Assembly (NCBI GenBank): GCA_963757355.1
Contig: CAVWRG010000003.1
Coordinates: 261,120-325,119 of the forward strand
Source: an uncultured Acidobacteriota bacterium
GTDB taxonomy: Bacteria; Acidobacteriota; Vicinamibacteria; Vicinamibacterales; CAVVIG01
Reading direction: 5' to 3'
Length of the DNA: 64,000 nt
The notes under the pieces were generated by a model. It saw nothing but the letters and a program-made list of their open reading frames with translations, had not been told where the DNA came from and searched no databases. Of the stretch, positions 7,911 through 16,059 are shown piece by piece (position 1 is the stretch's first letter; each line of letters begins with the position of its first letter). A program made the translations under genes and the position numbers.

Positions 7911-8204
7911 CTAGGCCTTCGACGTCGTCGCCTTGCCGATCGGGAGCGCGTCCTCGAGATTGGCGTGCGGGCGCGGAATCACATGGACCGAGACGAGCTC
8001 GCCGACCCGGCGCGCCGCCGCGGCGCCTGCGTCGGTGGCTGCCTTGACTGCCGCGACGTCGCCGCGAACGATCGCCGTGACGTAGCCCGCGCCGATCTTC
8101 TCCCAGCCGACGAGCGTGACCTTCGCGGCCTTCACCATGGCGTCGGCAGCCTCGATCATCGCGACCAGGCCCTTCGTTTCGATCATCCCGAGTGCCTCAC
8201 CCAT
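7911..8204 (-). CDS. BMC hexamer shell protein (BMC-H, PduA/EutM/CcmK-like)
   Basis: [26 protein letters not shown]...[17 protein letters not shown]...[16 protein letters not shown] lies 6 nt upstream of the ATG. Confidence 0.93.
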   Translation of the reverse strand: MGEALGMIETKGLVAMIEAADAMVKAAKVTLVGWEKIGAGYVTAIVRGDVAAVKAATDAGAAAARRVGELVSVHVIPRPHANLEDALPIGKATTSKA

Positions 8205-8293
8205 TACTGACTCCTTGAATATCGCTGATGGCTAATAGCTCATGGACGAGAGATCGAACGCCTTGGCCAGGAGCCGTCAGCCGCTTGGGCATC

Positions 8294-8330
8294 CCCGAGC
8301 CCGAGCCCGGAGCCCGAGCCCTGAGCCCTG
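8294..8330. repeat. tandem CCGAGC/CTGAGC word run between the aldolase and BMC-H genes
   Basis: Sequence cccgagcccgagcccggagcccgagccctgagccctg. I found no obvious complementary arm. Confidence 0.6.
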
Positions 8331-8331
8331 A

Positions 8332-9255
8332 CTATCGTAAGTACCGAATCGCGTCCTCGATGAGCGCGGAGAGCTCGCGGTATGTTAACCGAATTTCTCC
8401 CTCCGCCTCCGCCGAAGACCTCGGCGAGTCGCCGCCGCGCGTGAGCTCCAGCACGAGACGCTGGCCGCCGCCGGAGGGCGCGCGCACCACCTGGCACGTC
8501 GCATCCTCGCTCTCGCGTGGCGCCGGCGCGTCAGACGGACCCCGGCCGCCCGGCGCAGGCGACGGGCCAGCGCCCGGGCCTTCCGCGGGGTCGGCGCAAA
8601 TCGGCGCCGGTGCTTTGATGCCGTACGAGCCCCGCAGCCCCTGTAAACGCGTGACCTCCTCGCGCGAGAGGACGTTCTCGCGGCCAAGCGTGCGCGCCAC
8701 GAGACTGATCTTCGCGAAGTGCTCGATCGTCTCCATCTTGTAGTACGCGCCGAAGAGATCGCTGCCGACCGTCAGCGCGCCATGGTTGGCCAGCAGCATC
8801 CCGTCGTGCGCCTTGATGTATTTGCGGACCGCTTCGGGCAGCTCGTTGGTCGAGGGCGTGGCGTACTCGGCGATCGGCACGCTGCCGAGCGTCGTCAACA
8901 CCTCCGCCAGGACGGCGCGATCGAGTGGAATGCCAGCCACCGCGAAGCCGGTTGCGGTCGGCGGATGCGCGTGCACCACGGCGTTCACATCGGGCCGCTG
9001 CCGATACACTTCGAGGTGCATCAGGGTTTCCGATGATGGATCGCGGTCGCCCTGCAGCTTGCGCCCCTCGAGGTCCGTGATGCACATCATGTCGGGGGTC
9101 ATGAACCCCTTGCACACGCTCTTCGGCGTCATCAGAAGGCGGGCCGCGTCGAGCCGCACGCTGATGTTGCCGTCGTTCGACGCGGTGTACCCGCGCGCGT
9201 ACATTCGGCGGCCGACTTCGACGATGTCGGCGCGGAGCGAGGACTCAGTGCTCAT
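8332..9255 (-). CDS. class II aldolase/adducin-family enzyme with long C-terminal extension ending in an encapsulation-peptide-like helix
   Basis: Core motifs NDGNISVR, SSETLMHLEVY, VVHAHPPTATGF and LLANHGALTVG. A Pro/Gly/Ala-rich tail of about 95 aa follows, ending in the amphipathic helix LTYRELSALIEDAIRYLR. Confidence 0.9.
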   Translation of the reverse strand: MSTESSLRADIVEVGRRMYARGYTASNDGNISVRLDAARLLMTPKSVCKGFMTPDMMCITDLEGRKLQGDRDPSSETLMHLEVYRQRPDVNAVVHAHPPTATGFAVAGIPLDRAVLAEVLTTLGSVPIAEYATPSTNELPEAVRKYIKAHDGMLLANHGALTVGSDLFGAYYKMETIEHFAKISLVARTLGRENVLSREEVTRLQGLRGSYGIKAPAPICADPAEGPGAGPSPAPGGRGPSDAPAPRESEDATCQVVRAPSGGGQRLVLELTRGGDSPRSSAEAEGEIRLTYRELSALIEDAIRYLR

Positions 9256-9554
9256 GCGGTTCGCCCTTCGACAGGCTCAGGGCGGCCTGAGCCCGCCGAA
9301 GGCCGAGCCCGGTATTTGTCGCGGCACGTCGTCGAGCAGAAGAACAACTGCTGGCGTCCGACGGTGACCGAAATCGCGCGTTCAGGCAACACGAACGTGC
9401 CGCAGACAGGGTCGCGCACCATGGGGACCGCGCGCGTAGGACGCACTGGCATCCGGGGCCTGCCGGTGATCCCTTCGATGATTCCGTCGACGACGCGCCA
9501 GAATGCGCGCGCGATGAAGATGAAAAGGATCAGCAGGAGGATGAGACGGAGCAT
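9252..9554 (-). CDS. small membrane-anchored YHS/TRASH-like Cys-motif protein
   Basis: The internal ATG at 9554 gives MLRLILLLILFIFIARAFW (TM), then DPVCGTFV...LFFCSTTCRDKY. The start overlaps the TPR stop (TGATG) and the stop overlaps the aldolase start (ATGA). The rest of track ORF 9252-9890 is out-of-frame overlap with the TPR gene. Confidence 0.7.
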   Translation of the reverse strand: MLRLILLLILFIFIARAFWRVVDGIIEGITGRPRMPVRPTRAVPMVRDPVCGTFVLPERAISVTVGRQQLFFCSTTCRDKYRARPSAGSGRPEPVEGRTA

Positions 9555-10186
9555 CAGGCACCTGGCTTCTGTCCTTCTCCGGAGCCCATGCCTGGGTGAG
9601 CGGACCGCAAGCTCTCGAGCGCGCGCTTGGCCGCCTGTCCCTCGGGACCGTTGGGATCGACCTCGAGAACCCGTTGCCACGCCTGCGTCGCGCCTTCGAG
9701 GTCCTGCTTGCCGAAGGCCTTCACGATCCCTTCGTTGAGCAGCGTTTTCGCGTGCTTCGGATCCAGCTTCAGCGAATGCTCGAACTGCGCGAGCGCCTTG
9801 TCGGGCTGATTCGTGTAGTAGTACGCCACGCCGAGATCGGTGCTCACGTTGACATCGTTCGGGCTGAGCCGCACGGCGTCCGAGTACCACTTGATCGCAT
9901 CGTCGTACCGTTCGGCGTCGAAGTAGAGGTTCGCCAGCTCGACGCGCGGCTTGGCGTTGGTCGGCTCGCGCTCGGCCACCGAGGTGAGGGCTTTCACCTG
10001 CGCATCGTCGAGAACGGCGGCGCGCGTGGTGGTGGAGCCGCTGGCGGCAGGAGCTGATGCGGCTGTCGCCTGCGTCGGCGCCGGGGCGGACGGACGAATG
10101 GCCGCCTGCTGGTTGCCGATGATCCAGCCGGCGATCAAGCCGAACACGACGCCGGCAACGCCGAATGCGATGGCATCAGACTTCAT
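9554..10186 (-). CDS. membrane-anchored TPR-repeat protein
   Basis: N-terminal TM AFGVAGVVFGLIAGWII, an Ala/Ser/Thr linker, then TPR-like repeats (LANLYFDAERYDDAIKWYSDAVRLSPND...). Confidence 0.8.
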   Translation of the reverse strand: MKSDAIAFGVAGVVFGLIAGWIIGNQQAAIRPSAPAPTQATAASAPAASGSTTTRAAVLDDAQVKALTSVAEREPTNAKPRVELANLYFDAERYDDAIKWYSDAVRLSPNDVNVSTDLGVAYYYTNQPDKALAQFEHSLKLDPKHAKTLLNEGIVKAFGKQDLEGATQAWQRVLEVDPNGPEGQAAKRALESLRSAHPGMGSGEGQKPGA

Positions 10187-10204
10187 GGGGACTCAAAACC
10201 GCTT

Positions 10205-10281
10205 CACCACGGAGGACACGGAGGACGCGGAGGAACATTCAATCAGGTTTGCCCTCCGTGTCCTTCGTGTCCTCTGTGGTG
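10205..10281. repeat. hairpin of CACGGAGG words
   Basis: Arm caccacggaggacacggaggacgcggagg (10205-10233) pairs with ccctccgtgtccttcgtgtcctctgtggtgg (10251-10281). Confidence 0.85.
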
Positions 10282-10294
10282 GCGCGTTTATCGA

Positions 10295-11023
10295 TCATAG
10301 CAGTGTGCGGAGAAACCAGTCCACCAACACGCGGACGAGATCCGGATCGTGGTTGAACATGTTCGTGCCGTGCCCGGCGTCGTCGAGCGTCTTGATTTCG
10401 CGCGTGCCGCCCCCGAGTGCGGCCAGCGCCTTGGCGGACCGCAGCGCATATGCGTCGTTCGAGCCGGCAACCAGCAGAGCGGGCCGCGCGCCGTACTTCC
10501 GCATCGCCGCTTCAACGCGCAGCGAGCGATACTCCAGAGTCGCCGACAAGAGCGCAAGGCTCTTGATTGACGGATCCGCAGCGGCAGCGATGATCGCGAT
10601 GTTCGCGCCGATCGACGCGCCGGCGATCCCAATCAGCGTCGTCTGGACCAGATCGGGGCGTGACGCGAGAAACGCGCGCGACGCTTTCACATCCAGGGCC
10701 AGCCGTGCCCAGTCGGGTTCGCCACCGGACGCCTGGGCGGGCGACGAGCCGCCGTGCCCGCGAAAATCGATGGCGAGCGCGTGGACACCCGCGTCAGCCA
10801 GTCGGGTCGCCACAGTCTGCCAATCGTCGCGGGACCGCGTGAGCATGTGCAGCAGAATCACCGCAGGCGCCGGACGCCGCGTGCCTTCGTAGAGCGTCGC
10901 GGCGATCGTCACGCCGTCGTCGGTGCGAAACGTGACGGTTCGAGCGGTAGCCGCTTCGGCCGCAATCGGGGAACACAACACAATGATCGCCAACAGCGCA
11001 ACCGCCAGGCGCCCAACGTTCAC
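10295..11023 (-). CDS. secreted alpha/beta hydrolase
   Basis: Signal peptide; HG-like oxyanion region ILLHML, nucleophile elbow GASIG, C-terminal DDAGHG. Confidence 0.8.
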   Translation of the reverse strand: MNVGRLAVALLAIIVLCSPIAAEAATARTVTFRTDDGVTIAATLYEGTRRPAPAVILLHMLTRSRDDWQTVATRLADAGVHALAIDFRGHGGSSPAQASGGEPDWARLALDVKASRAFLASRPDLVQTTLIGIAGASIGANIAIIAAAADPSIKSLALLSATLEYRSLRVEAAMRKYGARPALLVAGSNDAYALRSAKALAALGGGTREIKTLDDAGHGTNMFNHDPDLVRVLVDWFLRTLL

Positions 11024-11784
11024 GTGGGATTCCCGGACGCCGACGCCAGCACCTGAAGGTATTCGCCGATCACCGTGCGGAGGCCGACAAACAGCGCACG
11101 TGAGATGATGGCGTGGCCGATCGACACCTCGTCCAGGTGCGGCACGTTGCGGAAGAGCACGAGGTTATCCAGATCGAGATCGTGCCCCGCGTTGAGGCCG
11201 AGGCCGTGCGCATGCGCCGCCTGCGCCGACTGAATGTACACGTCGAGCGAGCGCCGCACTTCGTCGCTGTCGGCGCCGTGCTCGGTAAAGGCGCGTGCGA
11301 ACGGCTCGGTGTACAGCTCGACGCGGTCGGCGCCGATCGACGCCGCCCACGCGATGCGGTCGGGCACCGCGTCCACGAAGAGGCTGACGCGGATGCCGCG
11401 CGACCGCAGATCCTTGATGACATCGCCCAACCGATCGGTGGTCGGCCCTGGCTGCCATCCGGCCTGGCTGGTGATCTCCCCGGGCATGACCGGAACCAGC
11501 GTGCACTGATCAGGGCGCACAGCGTGCACCAGATCGAGCAGCTCGGGGCGCGGATCGCCTTCGATGTTGTACTCAACGTGCGGGCGGACGCCGCCCAGCA
11601 GAGCGCCGACCTCGCGGACGTCGTCCGGCGTGATGTGGCGCCGATCCGCACGCGGATGGACGGTGATGCCCGGTGCGCCGGCGTCGAGGCAGACCTTCAC
11701 GGCGTCGAGCACGCTCGGCGAGGTCCCGCCGCGCGCGTTGCGCAGTGTCGCGACTTTGTTGACGTTGACGGACAGGCGAACCAT
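11020..11784 (-). CDS. pdxJ: pyridoxine 5'-phosphate synthase
   Basis: LSVNVNKVATLRNARG, ITVHPRADRRHI, NIEG, HAHGLGLNAGHDL. Confidence 0.93.
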   Translation of the reverse strand: MVRLSVNVNKVATLRNARGGTSPSVLDAVKVCLDAGAPGITVHPRADRRHITPDDVREVGALLGGVRPHVEYNIEGDPRPELLDLVHAVRPDQCTLVPVMPGEITSQAGWQPGPTTDRLGDVIKDLRSRGIRVSLFVDAVPDRIAWAASIGADRVELYTEPFARAFTEHGADSDEVRRSLDVYIQSAQAAHAHGLGLNAGHDLDLDNLVLFRNVPHLDEVSIGHAIISRALFVGLRTVIGEYLQVLASASGNPT

Positions 11785-11798
11785 TCAGACGCTCGGAG

Positions 11799-11965
11799 GT
11801 GCTGGGATGCTAGGTGCTAAGTGCTAGGGTGCTGGGTGCTCTAGGTGCTCGGTGCTGGGTGCCACGTGCCGAGTGCCACTGGCTACATGCTGAGCTATGG
11901 CTCCGAATTGTTCCTGGCCGAATTCTGATTCTTGTCGCAGCACTCTCAGCACTCCAGCACCTCGG
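11799..11965. repeat. long GTGCT(A/G)GG word array with a short complementary arm
   Basis: About ten gtgctggg/gtgctagg-like units lie at 11799-11879. The complementary arm gcagcactctcagcactccagcacctcgg lies at 11938-11965, ending 2 nt before the glmM stop. Confidence 0.8.
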
Positions 11966-11967
11966 AT

Positions 11968-13329
11968 CTACCCGAGATGTTCTTTCACCACGTCCACAAT
12001 CTCCTGCGCCCAGGCGCGGATCTCCTGCTCGTTCTGGCCTTCGAGCATCACGCGCAGGAGCGGCTCCGTGCCGGAGTAGCGCACGAGCAGGCGGCCCTGT
12101 CCGTCGACGCGCGCCTCGACGCGCGCGATCGCGGCCGCGACGGCCGGCACCGTCTTCAAGTCGGTCTTCTCTCGCACGCGGACATTGAGCAGCACCTGGG
12201 GATACGTCGTGAGATCGGCGGCCAGGTCGGCGAGCGATCGGCGGCTCAGGACGATCGTCCGCAAGACGTTGAGCGCAGTACAAAGCCCGTCGCCGGTGAA
12301 CAGATACTCGGAAAAGATGATGTGCCCCGATTGCTCGCCGCCGAGCGAGAGGTCGCGCGCGAGCATCTCTTCCATGACGTACTTGTCGCCCACCGCGCAG
12401 CGCACGAGGTCGATCGCGGTACGACGCAGCGCGATCTCGAGCCCGATGTTGCTCATCACCGTGGCGACGATCGCGCCGCCGCGCAGCCGCGCCTCGCGCT
12501 GCAGCTGCACGCCGCACATCAGCAGCACGGCGTCGCCGTCCACGATGCGGCCGCGCTCGTCGACGAAAATGGCGCGGTCGCCGTCGCCGTCGAACGCTAC
12601 CCCCATCCGGCAGCCGCGCTCGACGACCGTGCGTGCGAGCCGCTCCGGATGCGTCGATCCGCATCCCAGGTTGATGTTGCGTCCATCGGGCTCGTTGCCG
12701 ATGACGATCGCATCGAAGCCGAGGCTGCGGAACAAGGCGGGCGCGACGGTCGTCGTCGCGCCGTTTGCGCAGTCGATGGCGAGCGGGAAACCGACGAGCG
12801 CGGACGACTCGGGAAAAACCGCGCGCAGATGATCGAGATACGCGCCGACGAGATCGGCCTCCAGAACGGGCCCGGCCTCGCCCGGCGTCGCGCGCCAGGC
12901 GGAGTCGGCGACGACGGCTTCCACCTCGCGCTCGACGCGCTCGGTGAATTTCTCACCGCGCCCGGAAAACACTTTGATCCCGTTGTCCTCGAACGGATTG
13001 TGCGACGCGGAGATCACGACGCCCGCATCGTAGCCCAGCTTGCGCGTGAGGTACGCCACCGCCGGCGTGGGGACGACGCCCGCGCTCGTCACAGAGGCTC
13101 CTTCGCCTGTGGCGCCGTGGGCGAGTTCGCGTTCGATCCACGGACCCGACTCACGCGTGTCGCGCCCGACCAGCAAGCGCGGCGATTCAGCGGCGCCGTG
13201 CGGCAGCGCGCGCACGAGCGCGGCGCCGAGACGGCGCACGGTCGCCGGGTCGAGCGGCGCGCGGCCGGCGACGCCGCGGACGCCATCAGTGCCGAATAGC
13301 CGGGGGATTGTCGCTTCAGTTTCTGACAC
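11968..13329 (-). CDS. glmM: phosphoglucosamine mutase
   Basis: LFGTDGVRGVAG, active-site SASHNPFEDNGIK, GDGDRAIFVDE. GTG at 13329 is the probable start; the track ATG at 13398 lies inside cdaR. Confidence 0.93.
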   Translation of the reverse strand: MSETEATIPRLFGTDGVRGVAGRAPLDPATVRRLGAALVRALPHGAAESPRLLVGRDTRESGPWIERELAHGATGEGASVTSAGVVPTPAVAYLTRKLGYDAGVVISASHNPFEDNGIKVFSGRGEKFTERVEREVEAVVADSAWRATPGEAGPVLEADLVGAYLDHLRAVFPESSALVGFPLAIDCANGATTTVAPALFRSLGFDAIVIGNEPDGRNINLGCGSTHPERLARTVVERGCRMGVAFDGDGDRAIFVDERGRIVDGDAVLLMCGVQLQREARLRGGAIVATVMSNIGLEIALRRTAIDLVRCAVGDKYVMEEMLARDLSLGGEQSGHIIFSEYLFTGDGLCTALNVLRTIVLSRRSLADLAADLTTYPQVLLNVRVREKTDLKTVPAVAAAIARVEARVDGQGRLLVRYSGTEPLLRVMLEGQNEQEIRAWAQEIVDVVKEHLG

Positions 13330-14245
13330 GTGAGATTCGCACCTGCACCACCGACGGATCCGTCCCCGTGACGCCCGCGTCTCGCGCGCCGCCGGCATGC
13401 ACGGTCAGCGTGTATTGACCGGCGCCGAGACGAGCGAGATCCACATACGCCGAGACATCGTCGGCCTCGACGCGGCTCAGCGCCGCCCGGCTCCCGCGCA
13501 GCCGCACGTCGACCACGGGAGGCACCGCTTCCGCCGACAGCCCGGCGGTCACATTGCGCAAGTGCACGGGACGCTCACGGATGACCCGCTCTTCCGGCCC
13601 TGGCAGGACATCCACCAGGACATTCGCGGAGCGCGGCAGTTTCAGCCGCACGGCGGGGTCCAGAAACCCAACCGTAACATTTTCGCGGACAGGCGCGCTC
13701 GCCCCGTCCAGGGAGATGGGCTCTGTAATGGCCTCGCTCACGCGCCCGACTGCGCTCGCCGGGCCGATCATCTCGACCGTGGGCGGGTCCGCGGTGATCT
13801 TCCCAATCACGTAGCCGGGTGCCGGCTCTCCCTCGATATCCGGCGTGACCGGCACCTGGCGCGAGGCTTCTGGTTCGAACACCATCGCCACAGACGGCGG
13901 CGTGATCTGCACCACCTCGACGCCGAACGGCGCGCGCACTTGTTCGGGCGTCAGGTGAAACAGCCGCCGGCCGGCGCGCGCGCCGCGCAAGTCGAGCACC
14001 GCGACAATGTCGCCCGGCGAGACGCGGCTCAGCGCACCTGACGCACCGCGGACGCGGACGTCCACGGTCGACGGCGCGTCGTCGTGCAGCTCGAGCCCCG
14101 GGGGAAACTGCTGGAGCTCGAGCGGCACGCGCAGACCGCGCTCGACGGTTTCTTCACCCGAGACCACCATCCACAGCATCAGCGCGAGGCCGAGGGAGAG
14201 GACCTTCAAGCCGAAATGACGGAACGGCCAGATGCGGCGCATCAC
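13316..14245 (-). CDS. cdaR: YbbR-domain protein (CdaA regulator CdaR)
   Basis: N-terminal TM followed by repeated YbbR-like beta modules (VPLELQQFPPGLEL..., VDVRVRG...). It sits in the conserved position between cdaA and glmM. Confidence 0.8.
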   Translation of the reverse strand: MMRRIWPFRHFGLKVLSLGLALMLWMVVSGEETVERGLRVPLELQQFPPGLELHDDAPSTVDVRVRGASGALSRVSPGDIVAVLDLRGARAGRRLFHLTPEQVRAPFGVEVVQITPPSVAMVFEPEASRQVPVTPDIEGEPAPGYVIGKITADPPTVEMIGPASAVGRVSEAITEPISLDGASAPVRENVTVGFLDPAVRLKLPRSANVLVDVLPGPEERVIRERPVHLRNVTAGLSAEAVPPVVDVRLRGSRAALSRVEADDVSAYVDLARLGAGQYTLTVHAGGARDAGVTGTDPSVVQVRISRVRN

Positions 14246-15057
14246 GTGTACTGCACCCGCGCATCACGCCTTGGCGCGCGGCCGCGGCGATTGAGCATCA
14301 ACATGCGCAGCCGCGCCCGCAGCGCGTCCGCGTCGAGTCCGCGCTCAATCTGCCCGTCGTTCACCAGCGACACGCTCCCCGATTCCTCGGACACGACGAT
14401 GGCGACCGCATCGTTTTCTTCCGTCAAGCCAATCGCCGCGCGATGGCGCGATCCGAGCTCCTTACCGAGCTTCGGGTTGACCGTGAGCGGCAGGAAGCAG
14501 GCGGCTGCCGCCACGCGATCGTCCTGCACGATCACCGCGCCGTCGTGCAGCGGAGACGTGGTTTGAAAGACGCTCAGCAGGAGATCGTATGTCAACACGG
14601 CATCGAGCGGGATGCCCCCTTCGATGTAGTTGCGCAGACCGATCTGCCGCTCGATCGCGATAATGGCGCCGACGTGCTGAGCGGAGAGCATCGTCGCCGC
14701 GACAACCAGCTCTTCGATCGTCTCCTCAGCCGACTCCGGTTTGGCGAAGTACCGGAAGAACGGCGCACGGCCCAGATGCGCGAGCGCGCGGCGGATGTCA
14801 GACTGAAACAACACGATCACCGCGAACACGATGTAGCCGACCATGTTGCGGATCAGCCAGTTCACGGTGTCGAGGTGGCCCCATCGCGATCCGTAGAAGA
14901 GGGCCACGATCACGCCGCCGCCGAGAGCCATCTGCACGGCGCGCGTGCCTCGAATCAGCTTGAGGACCTCGTAAATCAGCACCGACACCACGAGGATGTC
15001 GACGAGATCCCACCAGCCGATCGGCGGACGACGAAGGAACGCGGTGATCCAACTCAT
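14242..15057 (-). CDS. cdaA: diadenylate cyclase
   Basis: Three N-terminal TMs, DisA_N motifs DGAVIV and LGSRHRAAIGLTE, then AIVVSEESGSVSL. Confidence 0.92.
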   Translation of the reverse strand: MSWITAFLRRPPIGWWDLVDILVVSVLIYEVLKLIRGTRAVQMALGGGVIVALFYGSRWGHLDTVNWLIRNMVGYIVFAVIVLFQSDIRRALAHLGRAPFFRYFAKPESAEETIEELVVAATMLSAQHVGAIIAIERQIGLRNYIEGGIPLDAVLTYDLLLSVFQTTSPLHDGAVIVQDDRVAAAACFLPLTVNPKLGKELGSRHRAAIGLTEENDAVAIVVSEESGSVSLVNDGQIERGLDADALRARLRMLMLNRRGRAPRRDARVQYT

Positions 15058-15062
15058 ATCAA

Positions 15063-15112
15063 GGCAGAGGGCAGAGGGTCATATCAGGGCAAGCCCTCTG
15101 CCTCCTGCCCTG
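15063..15112. repeat. GGCAGAGG word hairpin spanning the folP stop codon
   Basis: Arm ggcagagggcagaggg (15063-15078) pairs with gccctctgcctcctgccctg (15093-15112). The folP TGA is at 15084-15086 in the loop. Confidence 0.8.
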
Positions 15113-15983
15113 CGCGCCATATCTCCTCGGCCACCCGTACCACTTGCACCATTTCCTTGACCGCGTGCACGCGCACGATATGGGCGCCGGCCAGCACGGC
15201 CGCGGTGACCGCGGCGGCCGTTCCCCAGTCGCGCTCTTTCGGCGGACGATCCGCAAGAGCGTGGCGCATGAACGACTTGCGTGACGGCCCGACGAGCAGC
15301 GGACGATCGAGCGCCGCTGCGAGCGCCGGCAACTGGCCCAGCACACCATAGCTGTGCCGCGGCCGTTTGGCAAACCCGATCCCGGGATCGGCGATGATGC
15401 GGTCGATCGGGACGCCAGATGACACGGCCGTGGCGATGCTCGCACGCAGTTCCGCGGCGATCTCGACGATGAGGTCCGCGTACTCCGCTTCGCTCTGCAT
15501 CGTCTGCGGCACGCCGCGCGAGTGCATCAGCACCAACGCGGCGCCGCCGGCTGCCGCGACCGAGCCGAGCGCGGGATCGAGGCGCAGGCCGCTGACGTCG
15601 TTGATCATCACGGCGCCGGCATCGACGGCGGCGCGCGCCACGCTGGCTTTGTACGTATCGATGGAGAGTGGAATCGACAAACGTCCCGACAGGCCCTGAA
15701 TGACGGGCAGGACGCGCGCGAGCTCGTCTGCCGCTGCTACCGGCTGCGCGCCGGGCCGCGTGGACTCCCCGCCGACGTCGATGATGTCTGCGCCGTCAGC
15801 TTCGAGTTGCAGCGCCTGGGCAACGGCCGCGTCGGTATCGACTGGCGAGCTGCCGGCAAACGAATCCGGCGTGACGTTGACGACGCCCATGAGGAGACAA
15901 CGTTCCCCAAGCCGGAGCACTCGATGACCGGCGAGCGAGACGTCGTAGACTCGACGAGGGGGAGAGGGGAATTTACAATTCAC
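15084..15983 (-). CDS. folP: dihydropteroate synthase
   Basis: MGVVNVTPDSF, DIIDVGGESTRPG, SIDTYK, INDVSG. The GTG start at 15983 lies inside a repeat arm, so the true start is uncertain. Confidence 0.9.
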   Translation of the reverse strand: MNCKFPSPPRRVYDVSLAGHRVLRLGERCLLMGVVNVTPDSFAGSSPVDTDAAVAQALQLEADGADIIDVGGESTRPGAQPVAAADELARVLPVIQGLSGRLSIPLSIDTYKASVARAAVDAGAVMINDVSGLRLDPALGSVAAAGGAALVLMHSRGVPQTMQSEAEYADLIVEIAAELRASIATAVSSGVPIDRIIADPGIGFAKRPRHSYGVLGQLPALAAALDRPLLVGPSRKSFMRHALADRPPKERDWGTAAAVTAAVLAGAHIVRVHAVKEMVQVVRVAEEIWRAGQEAEGLP

Positions 15984-16052
15984 AATTAAGAATTAGGAAT
16001 TCAGAACACGACAAGCATTCTCAATTTCCTAATTCCCAATTGTAAATTGCCC
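15967..16052. repeat. AT-rich AATT(A/C)(G/A)GAATT word hairpin between ftsH and folP
   Basis: Arm ggggaatttacaattcacaattaagaattaggaattcag pairs with attctcaatttcctaattcccaattgtaaattgccc. The left arm covers the annotated folP start. Confidence 0.8.
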
Positions 16053-16059
16053 GGGTCTA

